DNA of 64,000 nucleotides from Sedimentisphaerales bacterium. GTDB lineage: Bacteria > Planctomycetota > Phycisphaerae > Sedimentisphaerales > SM23-30. The position numbers and the translations under genes are program-made. Where the stretch lies: contig CAXXFK010000028.1 in the NCBI GenBank assembly GCA_963663965.2, forward strand, positions 64,001-128,000. Direction: 5' to 3'. This document shows, piece after piece, positions 41,534 through 51,800 of the stretch; the stretch's first letter is position 1; the number at the start of each line of letters is the position of its first letter. The notes under the pieces were generated by a model. That model was not told the origin of the DNA. It saw only the letters and a program-made list of their open reading frames with translations, and searched no databases.

Positions 41534-43567
41534 ATGAAGAAAAGACTATTGCTATTTATGTTATTATTGATTGGTGTGCTGTCTGCTGGTGTAAAGGCAG
41601 AAGTAGTTGGATTTAATGTTTCTGGCAACTGGGATAAACCCAAGCTGGAAGGTCTGACTGCTGAAGGGTGCAGTCAATGGACTGATGCGTTATCTAACAA
41701 TGGCACAGGGCTTGAATTGATTGGTACAGATGGGTTGGTTACTGTTGACTGGTCTTCAAACAATCTTTGGGATGCAGGGCCAGAAACTGAAGTTGAGAAT
41801 AAATTGTACCGTATGTATCTGGATGATGGTGGCAATGGTGTACATGTTACCATTCATGGCATTGGTGACTGGATGGATTCCATTGGAGCAGCTGGTTGTA
41901 TTTTGAGAATTTACCAGAATAGTGATGGAAACTATGGTGAGTTTCAGGAAATACAGATCTTGAACAAGTATGGTTTGCTGGAAACAGCTGTAATGGATCC
42001 TAATATAATATTTAATCCAATTGCTCCAAATCCTCCAACACCAGGGGATGAGTATAATGGTGAAAGAGGGTTCGTAGATGTACAGACAATGATTTTTGAA
42101 AACACGATAGATATCGATTTTCACGACCGTGCTGATGGTGAACCTCGCAGTACGATGGCCGCATTTAAATTATCTACTGTTAGTGAATTTTATGCGACAC
42201 AGCCAAGTCCTAAACAGTTGTCTGAAGCTCCAGTAACAAAGGTGCTTACCTGGCAGCAGGCAGCGGATGCCAACGGTCAGGAAGTTAGTTATAATGTATA
42301 TTTTGGTGATCCTAACGAACTGTCGCCAGACTATTATGCTAATCATCTTGTGAAAACAACCACAAGTAATCCAGAGGACTTTTTCTATGCCCCAGCTGTA
42401 ATGGATAATAGTACTGAATATGCATGGAGAGTTGATACTGTTGTTCCTGGTGATGGTGTGTATACAGGTTTTGAATGGAAGTTTGTAACTCAGCCACCAT
42501 TAGCCAGGGTTGAAACTGATCCTGTCGGCATGACTGTGGAAGCAGGGACAGAAGAAGTTCAGCTAACTGTAGATTCGATAAATTCCACAGTTTATCAATG
42601 GTATAAAAATGGTGAGCTATTAGATGATGATGCAACAGGCACTTTATATACCGGTGAAGATACTATGACTTTGACTATTTATGATGTTCAGACTGACGAT
42701 GAAGGCTTATACTATTGTGTAGTTGATAACAGTATGGAAACTCCGGATCAGTCTGAGGCTGCTCTGTTAATTACCGAACGTATGGTCGGATGGTGGAAGA
42801 TGGATGGTGACCTTACAGATTCGATCAATGATGTTGTCGCCGATGTTCCATTCTTTAATGGTTCAGTGATCGATCCGAATTTTGCTGAAGGTATTGATGG
42901 CAGTGCATTTGAATGTTTTGGTGAAGAAGAAAGTGTTATTACTATTAGCGGCAGTGCTCAATGGTATAATTTCTATCCTAATGGCTATACCGTAAGTGCA
43001 TGGGTTAAAAATACTCAGGCTGGAGTTTGGGCCTCTTATGTTAATAAACAGCAGCGTGCGGATACTCCATGGAAAGGTTATTCACTAGGGCAGGAAAGCA
43101 GCAATGCAATTCATACTCTTCGTGAGGCGGACCCAGGTGATGGACTCAGTTCCGGGTATGATGTAACTGATGACCAGTGGCATCTTGTGACAGGGACATT
43201 TGATGCTGTTAATGGTGAGCTGATAATATATATTGATGGTGTAGCACGCAATACAAGAGCAACTGTTCAGGAACCTGACACTAATGATTTTGATGTTATG
43301 TTTGGAGCAGAACTGCCGGATGCCACAGTGTCTCCATATGATGGCTTACTTGACGATGTGCGTATCTGGTCTTATCCGCTGGACCCTGTTTCTGTTGCTA
43401 AGTTATATGTTGAATTTAACCCTGATAGTAAGGTCTGTGTTGAAAATCCATTAATGGATATTTCTGGTCCAAATGGTGAAAGAGACTGTGTTGTAGACCT
43501 GTTTGATGTATTAGAAGTAGCCGCCCAGTGGCTGGAATGTAATATTGTTCCTGATTGTTTGAATTAG
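41534..43567 (+). CDS. Secreted Ig + LamG protein with dockerin-like C-terminus
   Basis: AAGGAG RBS, signal peptide MKKRLLLF..., YQWYKNG/DEGLYYC Ig, LamG, DISGPNGERDCVVDLFDV...WLEC. Confidence 0.85.
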   Translation: MKKRLLLFMLLLIGVLSAGVKAEVVGFNVSGNWDKPKLEGLTAEGCSQWTDALSNNGTGLELIGTDGLVTVDWSSNNLWDAGPETEVENKLYRMYLDDGGNGVHVTIHGIGDWMDSIGAAGCILRIYQNSDGNYGEFQEIQILNKYGLLETAVMDPNIIFNPIAPNPPTPGDEYNGERGFVDVQTMIFENTIDIDFHDRADGEPRSTMAAFKLSTVSEFYATQPSPKQLSEAPVTKVLTWQQAADANGQEVSYNVYFGDPNELSPDYYANHLVKTTTSNPEDFFYAPAVMDNSTEYAWRVDTVVPGDGVYTGFEWKFVTQPPLARVETDPVGMTVEAGTEEVQLTVDSINSTVYQWYKNGELLDDDATGTLYTGEDTMTLTIYDVQTDDEGLYYCVVDNSMETPDQSEAALLITERMVGWWKMDGDLTDSINDVVADVPFFNGSVIDPNFAEGIDGSAFECFGEEESVITISGSAQWYNFYPNGYTVSAWVKNTQAGVWASYVNKQQRADTPWKGYSLGQESSNAIHTLREADPGDGLSSGYDVTDDQWHLVTGTFDAVNGELIIYIDGVARNTRATVQEPDTNDFDVMFGAELPDATVSPYDGLLDDVRIWSYPLDPVSVAKLYVEFNPDSKVCVENPLMDISGPNGERDCVVDLFDVLEVAAQWLECNIVPDCLN

Positions 43568-43607
43568 GATAAATCCTTTTAATTAGAGGTAGACTTTAGA
43601 TTATTTT

Positions 43608-43701
43608 GACTTTTGTGCTATTATGCTGGTATTAACTTTGGTGATACAACTTCTGGCTTTGCCGGTTTATACTTGTTATAATAACACAAAAGTCTTTTTT
43701 T
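43608..43701 (+). terminator. Long intergenic hairpin + T7 upstream of GH97 RBS
   Basis: GACTTTTGTGCTATTAT...ATAATAACACAAAAGTC followed by TTTTTTT GGAG. Confidence 0.55.
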
Positions 43702-43710
43702 GGAGTATTC

Positions 43711-46134
43711 ATGAATAAAATTTGTTTTTGCATTAAATTTGTTTCTGTTCTTGTATTGCTGTCTGTCTTGCCGGCCTGCCAGGCAGAACAGGGAGATCTT
43801 CAGCTTAGAACTCCGGACAGCAATGTGTTATTTGTATTTGATTCTGATAAAAGTAATAAGACATATTCGGTATTTTCACCAGATAAATCTGTTGAGGTTA
43901 GAATATCAGCGGCAGGTGGTCTTCAATATTCAGTCTTGCTGAATGGGGAGGTTATAGTCAATCCATCCGGCTTAAGTTTACTGTTGGATGATGATCTGGA
44001 AACTGGGATTGATGTTACCGTAGAGTCTGAATTGTCGTCTCATAGTAATAAATCATGGCAGATGGTATGTGGTCCAAGGAAAACAATATCGGATAACTAT
44101 AACCAGATCGTATTGAATATAAAAGAAAACGCATCTGATTTGGTATATGCTTTAGAGTTTCGTGCTTATGATGAGGGAGCTGCTTTTAGATATGTATTTC
44201 CCAAGACAAATACCGATGTAATAAAGATCAAAGAAGAATTTACAGAATTTAATTTCGCTGGCAATTATACCTGCTGGCCTACTTTTTACGGAAGCTATTC
44301 TACAATGCAGGAGAAGTTGTATGTAGAGTCAACGCTGTCAGATATACTGCCTGGTTCAATTGTTGGGTTGCCTTTAACTGTTGACCTTGGAGCCAGGGGC
44401 TATTGCTCAATAGCTGAAGCGGCATTAGTTGACTATGCCGGCTCGTACCTGACAACTTCTGGTGCGGTGGAGCTGTATTCAAGCCCTGAACTGAATGGCA
44501 ATAGTGATGGTGTTAAGGTTTCTGTCGATCTGCAGGATAATGCCAGCCAGTTAATGTTGAAGGTTGACAGTTTAGGCAGTATAAATTTCGATCATGTCGA
44601 TATTGCTGAAGCTAAGTTAATCAGGGCTGACGGAACCTATATATGGTTAAGTGATCAGGCACCTGTATCTGCGAGGCAGGATTGGGGAAGTCTGCATATA
44701 AATGAAAGTGTTGATGGAAATCCTATTACTATAAACGGTCAGCAATACCAAAAAGGGCTTGGCTGTCATGCCAATGCAGCAATAACCTATAATGTTGATC
44801 CTGAATTTGTCCGGTTGGAATGTATTGTTGGCATAGATTCAGAGGTTGAAAGTGAAGGTAGTGCTCAGGTTTCTGTTTTTGCTAATGCTGTAGTTAAGGA
44901 CAGCTACTCTATATGTACAACTCTGTCGCGTCAGCAGGAGCAGGCTGTGACAGTTGATCTTGGAACATCAGGCCGCAGTCCATGGCGTGTTATTATGTTG
45001 GGTAATGAGCCAGTAGACTTGTTAAATTCTGACATTATTGTCAATCTGAATGAGGCATCTAAAATAACTGATACATCATGGATCACACCTGGTGTTGCCA
45101 GCTGGAACTGGCTTACCACTTATCATGGCTTGACTATGGATGCGATCAAGGGCTTTATCGATCTGTCATCTCAGATGAATTGGGAATATGCATTGGTTGA
45201 CGATGGATGGTATAAGAACGGTAACTGTACAACTTCGCAGGATTTTATGGACATACCGGCATTAGTCCAATATGCCGCTCAAAGAAATGTAAAAGTATGG
45301 CTCTGGGTTCACTGGGAAGCTTTGAATGCTCGTATGGATCAGGCTATGGCTCTTTATGAGAGTTGGGGAATTGCAGGTATAAAAGTAGATTTTATGTCGC
45401 GGGATGATCAGTGGATGGTTGATTGGTATCACCAGGTGCTGGGAAAAGCTGCTTCTCATAAGCTGATGGTAAACTTCCATGGGTGTTATAAGCCGGCAGG
45501 TGTCCGTAGGACATGGCCGAATCTTATAACCAGGGAGGCGGTTTATGGCCTGGAACAGAATTTTTCCACTTATAATGACCCTGTTCATAAGACAATTCTG
45601 CCTTTTACCAGGATGCTGGTTGGACCTATGGACTATACCCCGGGCAGTTTTAATAATGAGTCAAGGTCTACGTGGAGTAATACTACCCCGGTTTCGACAT
45701 TGGGAACACGTTGTCAGGAGTTAGCATTGTGTTTGATCTATGATAGTCCTATAGTTAATATGGCTGGCAACCCAGAAGGATATTACGGCCAGCCGGGAGC
45801 TGATTTCCTTAATGGCTTACCTACATCATGGGATAATACTATTGCTCTGGATGGCAAAATCGGTAAATACTATGTATCTGCCAGACAAATAGGTAATAAC
45901 TGGTATATTGGCGGTATTACCAACTGGGATGCCAGAACTATGCAGATCCCACTTGATTTTCTAGCTTCGGGCCAGACTTATAGTATGACTATATATGAAG
46001 ATGGGCTGGGAGCATTTAGTGACAATTTCAGAGATGTGAGTGTTCGCAAGCTATCTGTCGACTCCAGTGATAACGTTGCCTTTAATCTTGCATCGGGCGG
46101 CGGATTTACTGCTATTTTGACTTGCTCAGAATAA
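43711..46134 (+). CDS. Glycoside hydrolase family 97 (retaining, alpha-galactosidase type) with inserted NPCBM module
   Basis: FRAYDEGAAFRY, IAEAAL, SPWRVI, WITPG, GIKVDF, NFHG, RTWPN, TREAV, PFTRMLVGPMDYTPG, GGGF. Confidence 0.9.
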   Translation: MNKICFCIKFVSVLVLLSVLPACQAEQGDLQLRTPDSNVLFVFDSDKSNKTYSVFSPDKSVEVRISAAGGLQYSVLLNGEVIVNPSGLSLLLDDDLETGIDVTVESELSSHSNKSWQMVCGPRKTISDNYNQIVLNIKENASDLVYALEFRAYDEGAAFRYVFPKTNTDVIKIKEEFTEFNFAGNYTCWPTFYGSYSTMQEKLYVESTLSDILPGSIVGLPLTVDLGARGYCSIAEAALVDYAGSYLTTSGAVELYSSPELNGNSDGVKVSVDLQDNASQLMLKVDSLGSINFDHVDIAEAKLIRADGTYIWLSDQAPVSARQDWGSLHINESVDGNPITINGQQYQKGLGCHANAAITYNVDPEFVRLECIVGIDSEVESEGSAQVSVFANAVVKDSYSICTTLSRQQEQAVTVDLGTSGRSPWRVIMLGNEPVDLLNSDIIVNLNEASKITDTSWITPGVASWNWLTTYHGLTMDAIKGFIDLSSQMNWEYALVDDGWYKNGNCTTSQDFMDIPALVQYAAQRNVKVWLWVHWEALNARMDQAMALYESWGIAGIKVDFMSRDDQWMVDWYHQVLGKAASHKLMVNFHGCYKPAGVRRTWPNLITREAVYGLEQNFSTYNDPVHKTILPFTRMLVGPMDYTPGSFNNESRSTWSNTTPVSTLGTRCQELALCLIYDSPIVNMAGNPEGYYGQPGADFLNGLPTSWDNTIALDGKIGKYYVSARQIGNNWYIGGITNWDARTMQIPLDFLASGQTYSMTIYEDGLGAFSDNFRDVSVRKLSVDSSDNVAFNLASGGGFTAILTCSE

Positions 46135-46212
46135 TATAGCGGCATAAAGATTGCCTTTTTTCCTTTTCTCTACTCGGTAGATATGAGTTAGAGTTTAGTG
46201 TTATAATTGTGT

Positions 46213-46248
46213 AAGAGCCTTGTAAGTATTGACTTATGAGGCTTTTTT
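46213..46248 (+). repeat. Copy 2 of the tRNA-associated hairpin element
   Basis: AAGAGCCTTGTAAGT-ATTG-ACTTATGAGGCTTTTTT. Confidence 0.85.
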
Positions 46249-46377
46249 CTGTTTTGCACTTGTGCTTTTTTGCATTATATATACTATTGAGCGACAATTA
46301 AAAAATACAAAATTAGTGGTATCAAAATATGGAATATTTGGGTGGAAATCGAATATTCTTCTAAAAAAATAAAAAAA

Positions 46378-46410
46378 TGTACACATTTCTGACAATTGAG
46401 TGATTAAGTA
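46378..46410 (+). promoter_or_regulatory. Putative ECF promoter (shared with 55111-55143)
   Basis: TGTACACA-N10-TTGAGTGATTAAGTA. Confidence 0.6.
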
Positions 46411-46517
46411 AATGTCCATCTAGTTGCAAAGGCTGATTAATCTCAGATTTTCATAGATATAGCATTTAAGATCTAAAAGTGATGTGTATTATTTAATTTT
46501 TTGAAAAGGAAGAAAAG

Positions 46518-48704
46518 ATGAAAAGATTAAATCTGTTATGTATGGGTTTAACGCTCATGTCCAGTACTCTGTTTGCTGATCAAATTTTTACTGATTCATT
46601 TGAGTACAATGACTGGCCAGAAGCTGTGGCGGCGGGATGGGAAGCTGCTTATGGCAATGTTGAAACTGAAGTTTCATTTGTTAATAGTGCACCAAATAAT
46701 GATGGTGTTACTGATGGGGCAAAAGCTCTTAAGATAGATGTACCTGGCGGTGGTGCAAATTTAGGGATTATTCACCCGTTTTCTTCCGAATTACAACGTG
46801 AGTGGACTTTGAGCTTTGACTGGTATTTGACTGGTACAAGTACAGGTGAGCTGCCTGAGACTGGTATGCGTACCCAAGTTAAGGTTAAAAGCAGTGCTAA
46901 TAATGACGAGGTTGGTTTCTGGGTACAGTACAATAACGATGGTGGTGGTGTTTATCCAAGAACTCTCGACTTTATTGTAAATACAACTACTGGAAGTACT
47001 GGTTGGGTAAGGATCGATAAATTATATAACAGTGGTGATCATACTATTGGCGATTTCCCATTAGCTATGAAAAACGGCTGGAATCATATTGAGCTCTCTT
47101 CAGCAGTTCAGGGCGATCAGGATCTTATTACAGTAATTGTAAATGATATTGAAATATATACTACTACCGGTGAATATGCTATTGCCATGGATGAAGTTCT
47201 GTTTGGTTACTGGCATTATGCATATGCTGACAGAGATGGTTATTTCGATAATGTGAAAATTGGTTCAGGTGCTCTGAAAGGTGCTCATAACCCAATTCCT
47301 GGTATTGGTGACACTGGTGTTCTTACAACAGATTCACTGGTTTGGGAAGCCGGCCTTGATCCAAATGATCTAACAATGGTAAATCCACAGATCAAAAAGC
47401 ATTATGTATGGTTAAGTTCAGGAAGTGAAACTGACCCAAATATGACACTTGTTGATACGATCAATGTTACTGATTATACTGATCCTGCAAATGGTTGTAT
47501 TTATACTCCTGCTGCAGAATTGAAATATGACAGCACATATTACTGGATGGTTGAAGAAGGTCTTGATAATGGCTCTGGCGGTGTATATCCAGCTGGTAAT
47601 GATAATAATATTGCCATGTCACTTTGGAGTTTCAGGACAATTGCCACTGTACCTGAGATTTTATTGCAGCCAGGTTCAGTAAAGGTAGATCCTGCTTCGA
47701 CAGTAGAATTTGATGTTGAATACTTATCAAATAGTGCTGTTTCTGATGTTACCTGGTATAAAAATGACATGCCATTAACTTCTGGTGGAAATGTGTCAAT
47801 TGTCTGGGATCAGGATTCTTCAACATTGACTATTGAAAATGTCAGCAGTAATGATGATGGCGATTATTATGCTGTTGTTACTAATAGTGCTGATGCTGTT
47901 CCATCTGATACAGTCAAACTGGTTACTAATAAATTACTGGCTTGGTATCAATTCGAACAAAATGCCGATGACTCAGCCGGTACCAATAGTGGCACTGAAG
48001 AAAACGGTATGACTTATGTTGCTGGTAATGTTACAGATGATGGCCAGGTGTATGCGGCTGATCCTAATGGAACAGATTATATACTGCTAAGTAAAGATGC
48101 TTATCCTAAAGCCGGATTAGGTAATGGTCTGGAAGAGTTTACCTATAGCTGCTGGGTTAGTCTTGAAGAGGGTGAAGGTGGTATTCTTCTTGGCGTATTC
48201 AATGAAGGTGCTACTACAGGAATGAGATTCAGTATCAATTCTGTTGAAAATGACATTAGTGTTTTTATGAGACAGGAAAATGGGGCATCTATTCATCCTG
48301 CGACATCACCTTTGGCTGCTGACGGCCATTGGCACTATGTTGTTACTACATATGATGGTACTGACATGAAAATATATGTAGATGGTATTCTTAAGTCAAC
48401 TGTGACAAATCAGCTGACAGACTTTGCTGAATGGCAATACCCAATGCCGCTTGTTGGTTTGAATTACCATGGCAGTATCAACGATCGTTTTAACGGTAAG
48501 ATTGATGATCTGAAGATCTATAATTATGCGATCTCTAAAGCGGAAGTCATTCAGGAATACCTTGCTGTTGAAGGTGGCTGGATCTGTAATGATGAACAGC
48601 CTGACCTGATTTATGACTTTGATAATAACTGTCAGGTGGATCTTGGCGACTTTGCAATATTCGCAGGTTACTGGCTTGATAGCAATCGTATTTATGCCGA
48701 ATGA
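46518..48704 (+). CDS. Secreted Ig + LamG protein with dockerin-like C-terminus
   Basis: Signal peptide, YYWMVEE, VTWYKN/DDGDYY Ig, LamG, DFDNNCQVDLGDFAIFAGYWL. Confidence 0.88.
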   Translation: MKRLNLLCMGLTLMSSTLFADQIFTDSFEYNDWPEAVAAGWEAAYGNVETEVSFVNSAPNNDGVTDGAKALKIDVPGGGANLGIIHPFSSELQREWTLSFDWYLTGTSTGELPETGMRTQVKVKSSANNDEVGFWVQYNNDGGGVYPRTLDFIVNTTTGSTGWVRIDKLYNSGDHTIGDFPLAMKNGWNHIELSSAVQGDQDLITVIVNDIEIYTTTGEYAIAMDEVLFGYWHYAYADRDGYFDNVKIGSGALKGAHNPIPGIGDTGVLTTDSLVWEAGLDPNDLTMVNPQIKKHYVWLSSGSETDPNMTLVDTINVTDYTDPANGCIYTPAAELKYDSTYYWMVEEGLDNGSGGVYPAGNDNNIAMSLWSFRTIATVPEILLQPGSVKVDPASTVEFDVEYLSNSAVSDVTWYKNDMPLTSGGNVSIVWDQDSSTLTIENVSSNDDGDYYAVVTNSADAVPSDTVKLVTNKLLAWYQFEQNADDSAGTNSGTEENGMTYVAGNVTDDGQVYAADPNGTDYILLSKDAYPKAGLGNGLEEFTYSCWVSLEEGEGGILLGVFNEGATTGMRFSINSVENDISVFMRQENGASIHPATSPLAADGHWHYVVTTYDGTDMKIYVDGILKSTVTNQLTDFAEWQYPMPLVGLNYHGSINDRFNGKIDDLKIYNYAISKAEVIQEYLAVEGGWICNDEQPDLIYDFDNNCQVDLGDFAIFAGYWLDSNRIYAE

Positions 48705-48767
48705 TCTGGAATTATAGATTATTAAATAATCTGTAACGGTTTATATTATGTATTTATATTGAGAATC

Positions 48768-48813
48768 ACAGAGGGATTGACTGGTTCAGATCAGCCAGTT
48801 CCTCTGTTTTTTT
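48768..48813 (+). terminator. Intrinsic terminator
   Basis: ACAGAGGGATTGACTGGT-loop-ATCAGCCAGTTCCTCTGT followed by a T-run. Confidence 0.7.
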
Positions 48814-48831
48814 ATGTAAGGGAAAGTTTGA

Positions 48832-51800
48832 ATGAGAATTCTGGTTACCTGTGTTATTATGTGCCATATGGCTATGTGTTCATTTTTGTTAGCTGGCGAA
48901 TTAAACATTGCTTCTGATAATAGTATTTCAAGAGCCCCTGACCGTCAAAAGCAGGATGCGATTGTTTTGCGGTCAAATGATTTCCATGAAGGAGGTTATC
49001 AATGGCGGATGATAAAAGAAGGGGACGCTGGAGTTGCTGGAGGCAGGGTTTCCCTTGTTGGCTATACTTCAGATGCGGCAATGGATGCAATTGTACCAGG
49101 TACTGTCCTTAATTCTCTTGTATATAACAAAGTATATCCTGAACCTTATTTTGGAATAAATAATGCTAATGATAAGGATTTGATTCCGGATATTACTGAA
49201 GTTGGCCGAGAGTTTTATACCTACTGGTTTCGAACTGAATTTGAGCTTCCGGCTGACTATTCTGGCAAGCAGGTAATGCTGCGGCTTGACGGCATAAATT
49301 ATCGTGCTGAGATATGGCTAAATGGCCAGCAAATTGGCAATATGGCAGGTATGTTCAATCACGGATTTTTTGACGTCACTGATAATGTTAATTACGATGG
49401 GCCAAATGCTTTAGCTGTGCTGGTAAAGCCGGTTGATGTGCTTGGCGGATTTGATGTGAAAAATGATGAACCTCAGGCTGTAGGCGAGAATCGCAATGGT
49501 GGTGATGGTACCTTTGGTAAAAATGTAACTCAGCTTATGTCGATCGGATGGGATTTTACTTTTTCTGATGGTATTCGTGATCGAAATACTGGTATTTGGA
49601 AAGATATTACGATTTTCCCTGTTGACTCTGTAGAGTTGCGTAATCCTTTTATCAAGTGTGACCTGGTTATGCCTGATATGACAAGCTCCCGTCAGGATAT
49701 TAGTGTGGAAGTAATAAACCATACATCAATATTCCAGAGTGGTGTATTGAGAGCTGTTATTGATGGTATGTCTGTAAATATTGAAAAGAATGTTAGTTTA
49801 ACCCCAAATGAGGCAAAAACTGTATATTTATCGCCGGATGAGTATGAGTCGCTTACATGCCTCAATCCTGAACTGTGGTGGCCAATAAATAAGGGACCGC
49901 AGAACCTGTATCACCTCACATTGAGTTTTGAACAGAATGGGACTGTAAGTGATACAGAAGAAACCCGTTTCGCAGTACGTCATGTTACCAGTGATCGCAA
50001 TACTCCGGATAGCAGTCGACAGTTCTATGTGAACGGAAAACCTATCTTTCTGCATGGCACTAACTGGATCCCAGAGGCAATGTTGAGAAAGACCGACGAG
50101 AGAATGTATGCTGAAATGCGATACACACAGCAGGCAGGCATAAACTTTATTCGTTTTTGGGGTGGTGGTATTGTCGAGTCTGATTACTTCTATGATCTTT
50201 GTGATGAATTAGGGATTATGGTATCAATGGAGTTCTGGCAGTCTGGTGATACGGTTTTGCCGGCCGATTATGATCTGTATCGGGAAAATTTTGCTGATAC
50301 GATCAAGGCATTACGTAATCATCCTAGTGTCGTATATTATATTTCTGCTAATGAGCGTGGTGCCAGCAGTGTTGTGCCGGTTACCGATTTGGTACAGAGT
50401 TTGGATGGCACTCGCGGCTATCAGGCTGGTTCAGAGATTGAAGGTATTCATGACGGCAGCCCATATAAGTATGTTAATCCGATGTTCTATTACGATGACA
50501 GTGCTTCCGATCGCGGCAGCAGGATATATGGCCTGTGTCCAGAATATGGTACTCCTTGTCTGCCTACGCTGGATTGTCTGGAGGAAATGATGGATGTCAG
50601 CGATATATGGCCGGTAAATGAGACTGTTTGGGATTATCATGATGGGGCAGGTTTCCATGATATGGTTGCTAAATATGTGCCGGCTATGCAGCAATATGGT
50701 TCTATCGAATCGGCCGAAGAGTTGGCATGGAAAGGGCAGATGGTTGGAGCTGTTGGATATCGCAGTTTATGGGAGTGCTGGACTTATAATCGTCTGAACA
50801 ATGGAGATCGATATTCTTCTGGTGTCTGGTTCTGGTATCATAATAGTCCGACAAGGCAAGTCTGCGGGCGAATGTGGGACTGGTCGCTTGAGCCGACTGC
50901 CGCATTATATTATTCGCAGGATGCCCATGAGCCGATCCACGCTCAGTACGATTTTATTAAAAATACTGTCTCTGTAAATAATGAATTTTATACACCGTTT
51001 GAAGGTTCAGTTCAGATTCGTGTTTTCAATCAGGATATGTCACTCAAGTACGAAAAGCAAACAACAGTTTCTGTTGGCTCCGATATGGTTGCAAATGATG
51101 TTATCCATGCTGAATTGCCTTCTGATTTATCACCTGTTCATTTTATACGTCTTGACATTTTTGACAGCAATGGTAGTTATGTAGCTGATACTTTCTATTG
51201 GTGTTCAAATAGCGAGTATGATGGCCAAAAGACATATACCGGCCCGCTGTATTCTGGATTCCAGGATATTGAAAAGCTTCCAAATATCTCGCTGGATTCA
51301 GTAGTAGAAATGAAAAATGGTAAATATAAGGTAACTATAACTAATCAATCTGAATCTCTTGCGTTTATGGTTCGTGTCAAGCTGGCAGATTCCAGTGACC
51401 TTAAGCCTGTAAGGCCTTCATTCTACTCTGATAATTTCTTTAGTCTGCTGCCGGGAGAGGAAAAGGTTGTTACTATTGAATCTTATAAGTATGAACCATC
51501 AGCTATTGTGCAGATCAGCGGTTGGAATGTAGTGGAGACATCAACGCCTATCAATGATATGCCGCCTGTTACCGATGGCCTGGTAATGTGTCTGGATGCC
51601 GATGCTATAGCCGGAGTTGAAGATGGAGTATCAATAGGCAGCTGGGTTGATATTTCCGACTCTGGTAATGATGCTTCCCAGATGTTAAGTGAAACGCAGC
51701 CTGTATATGATACTTATTCTGAGGTACTGGGTAAGCCTGTAGTTTGCTTTGACGGCATAGATGACTATTTAGATCTTAATGATGATATGATAAGCCTTGG

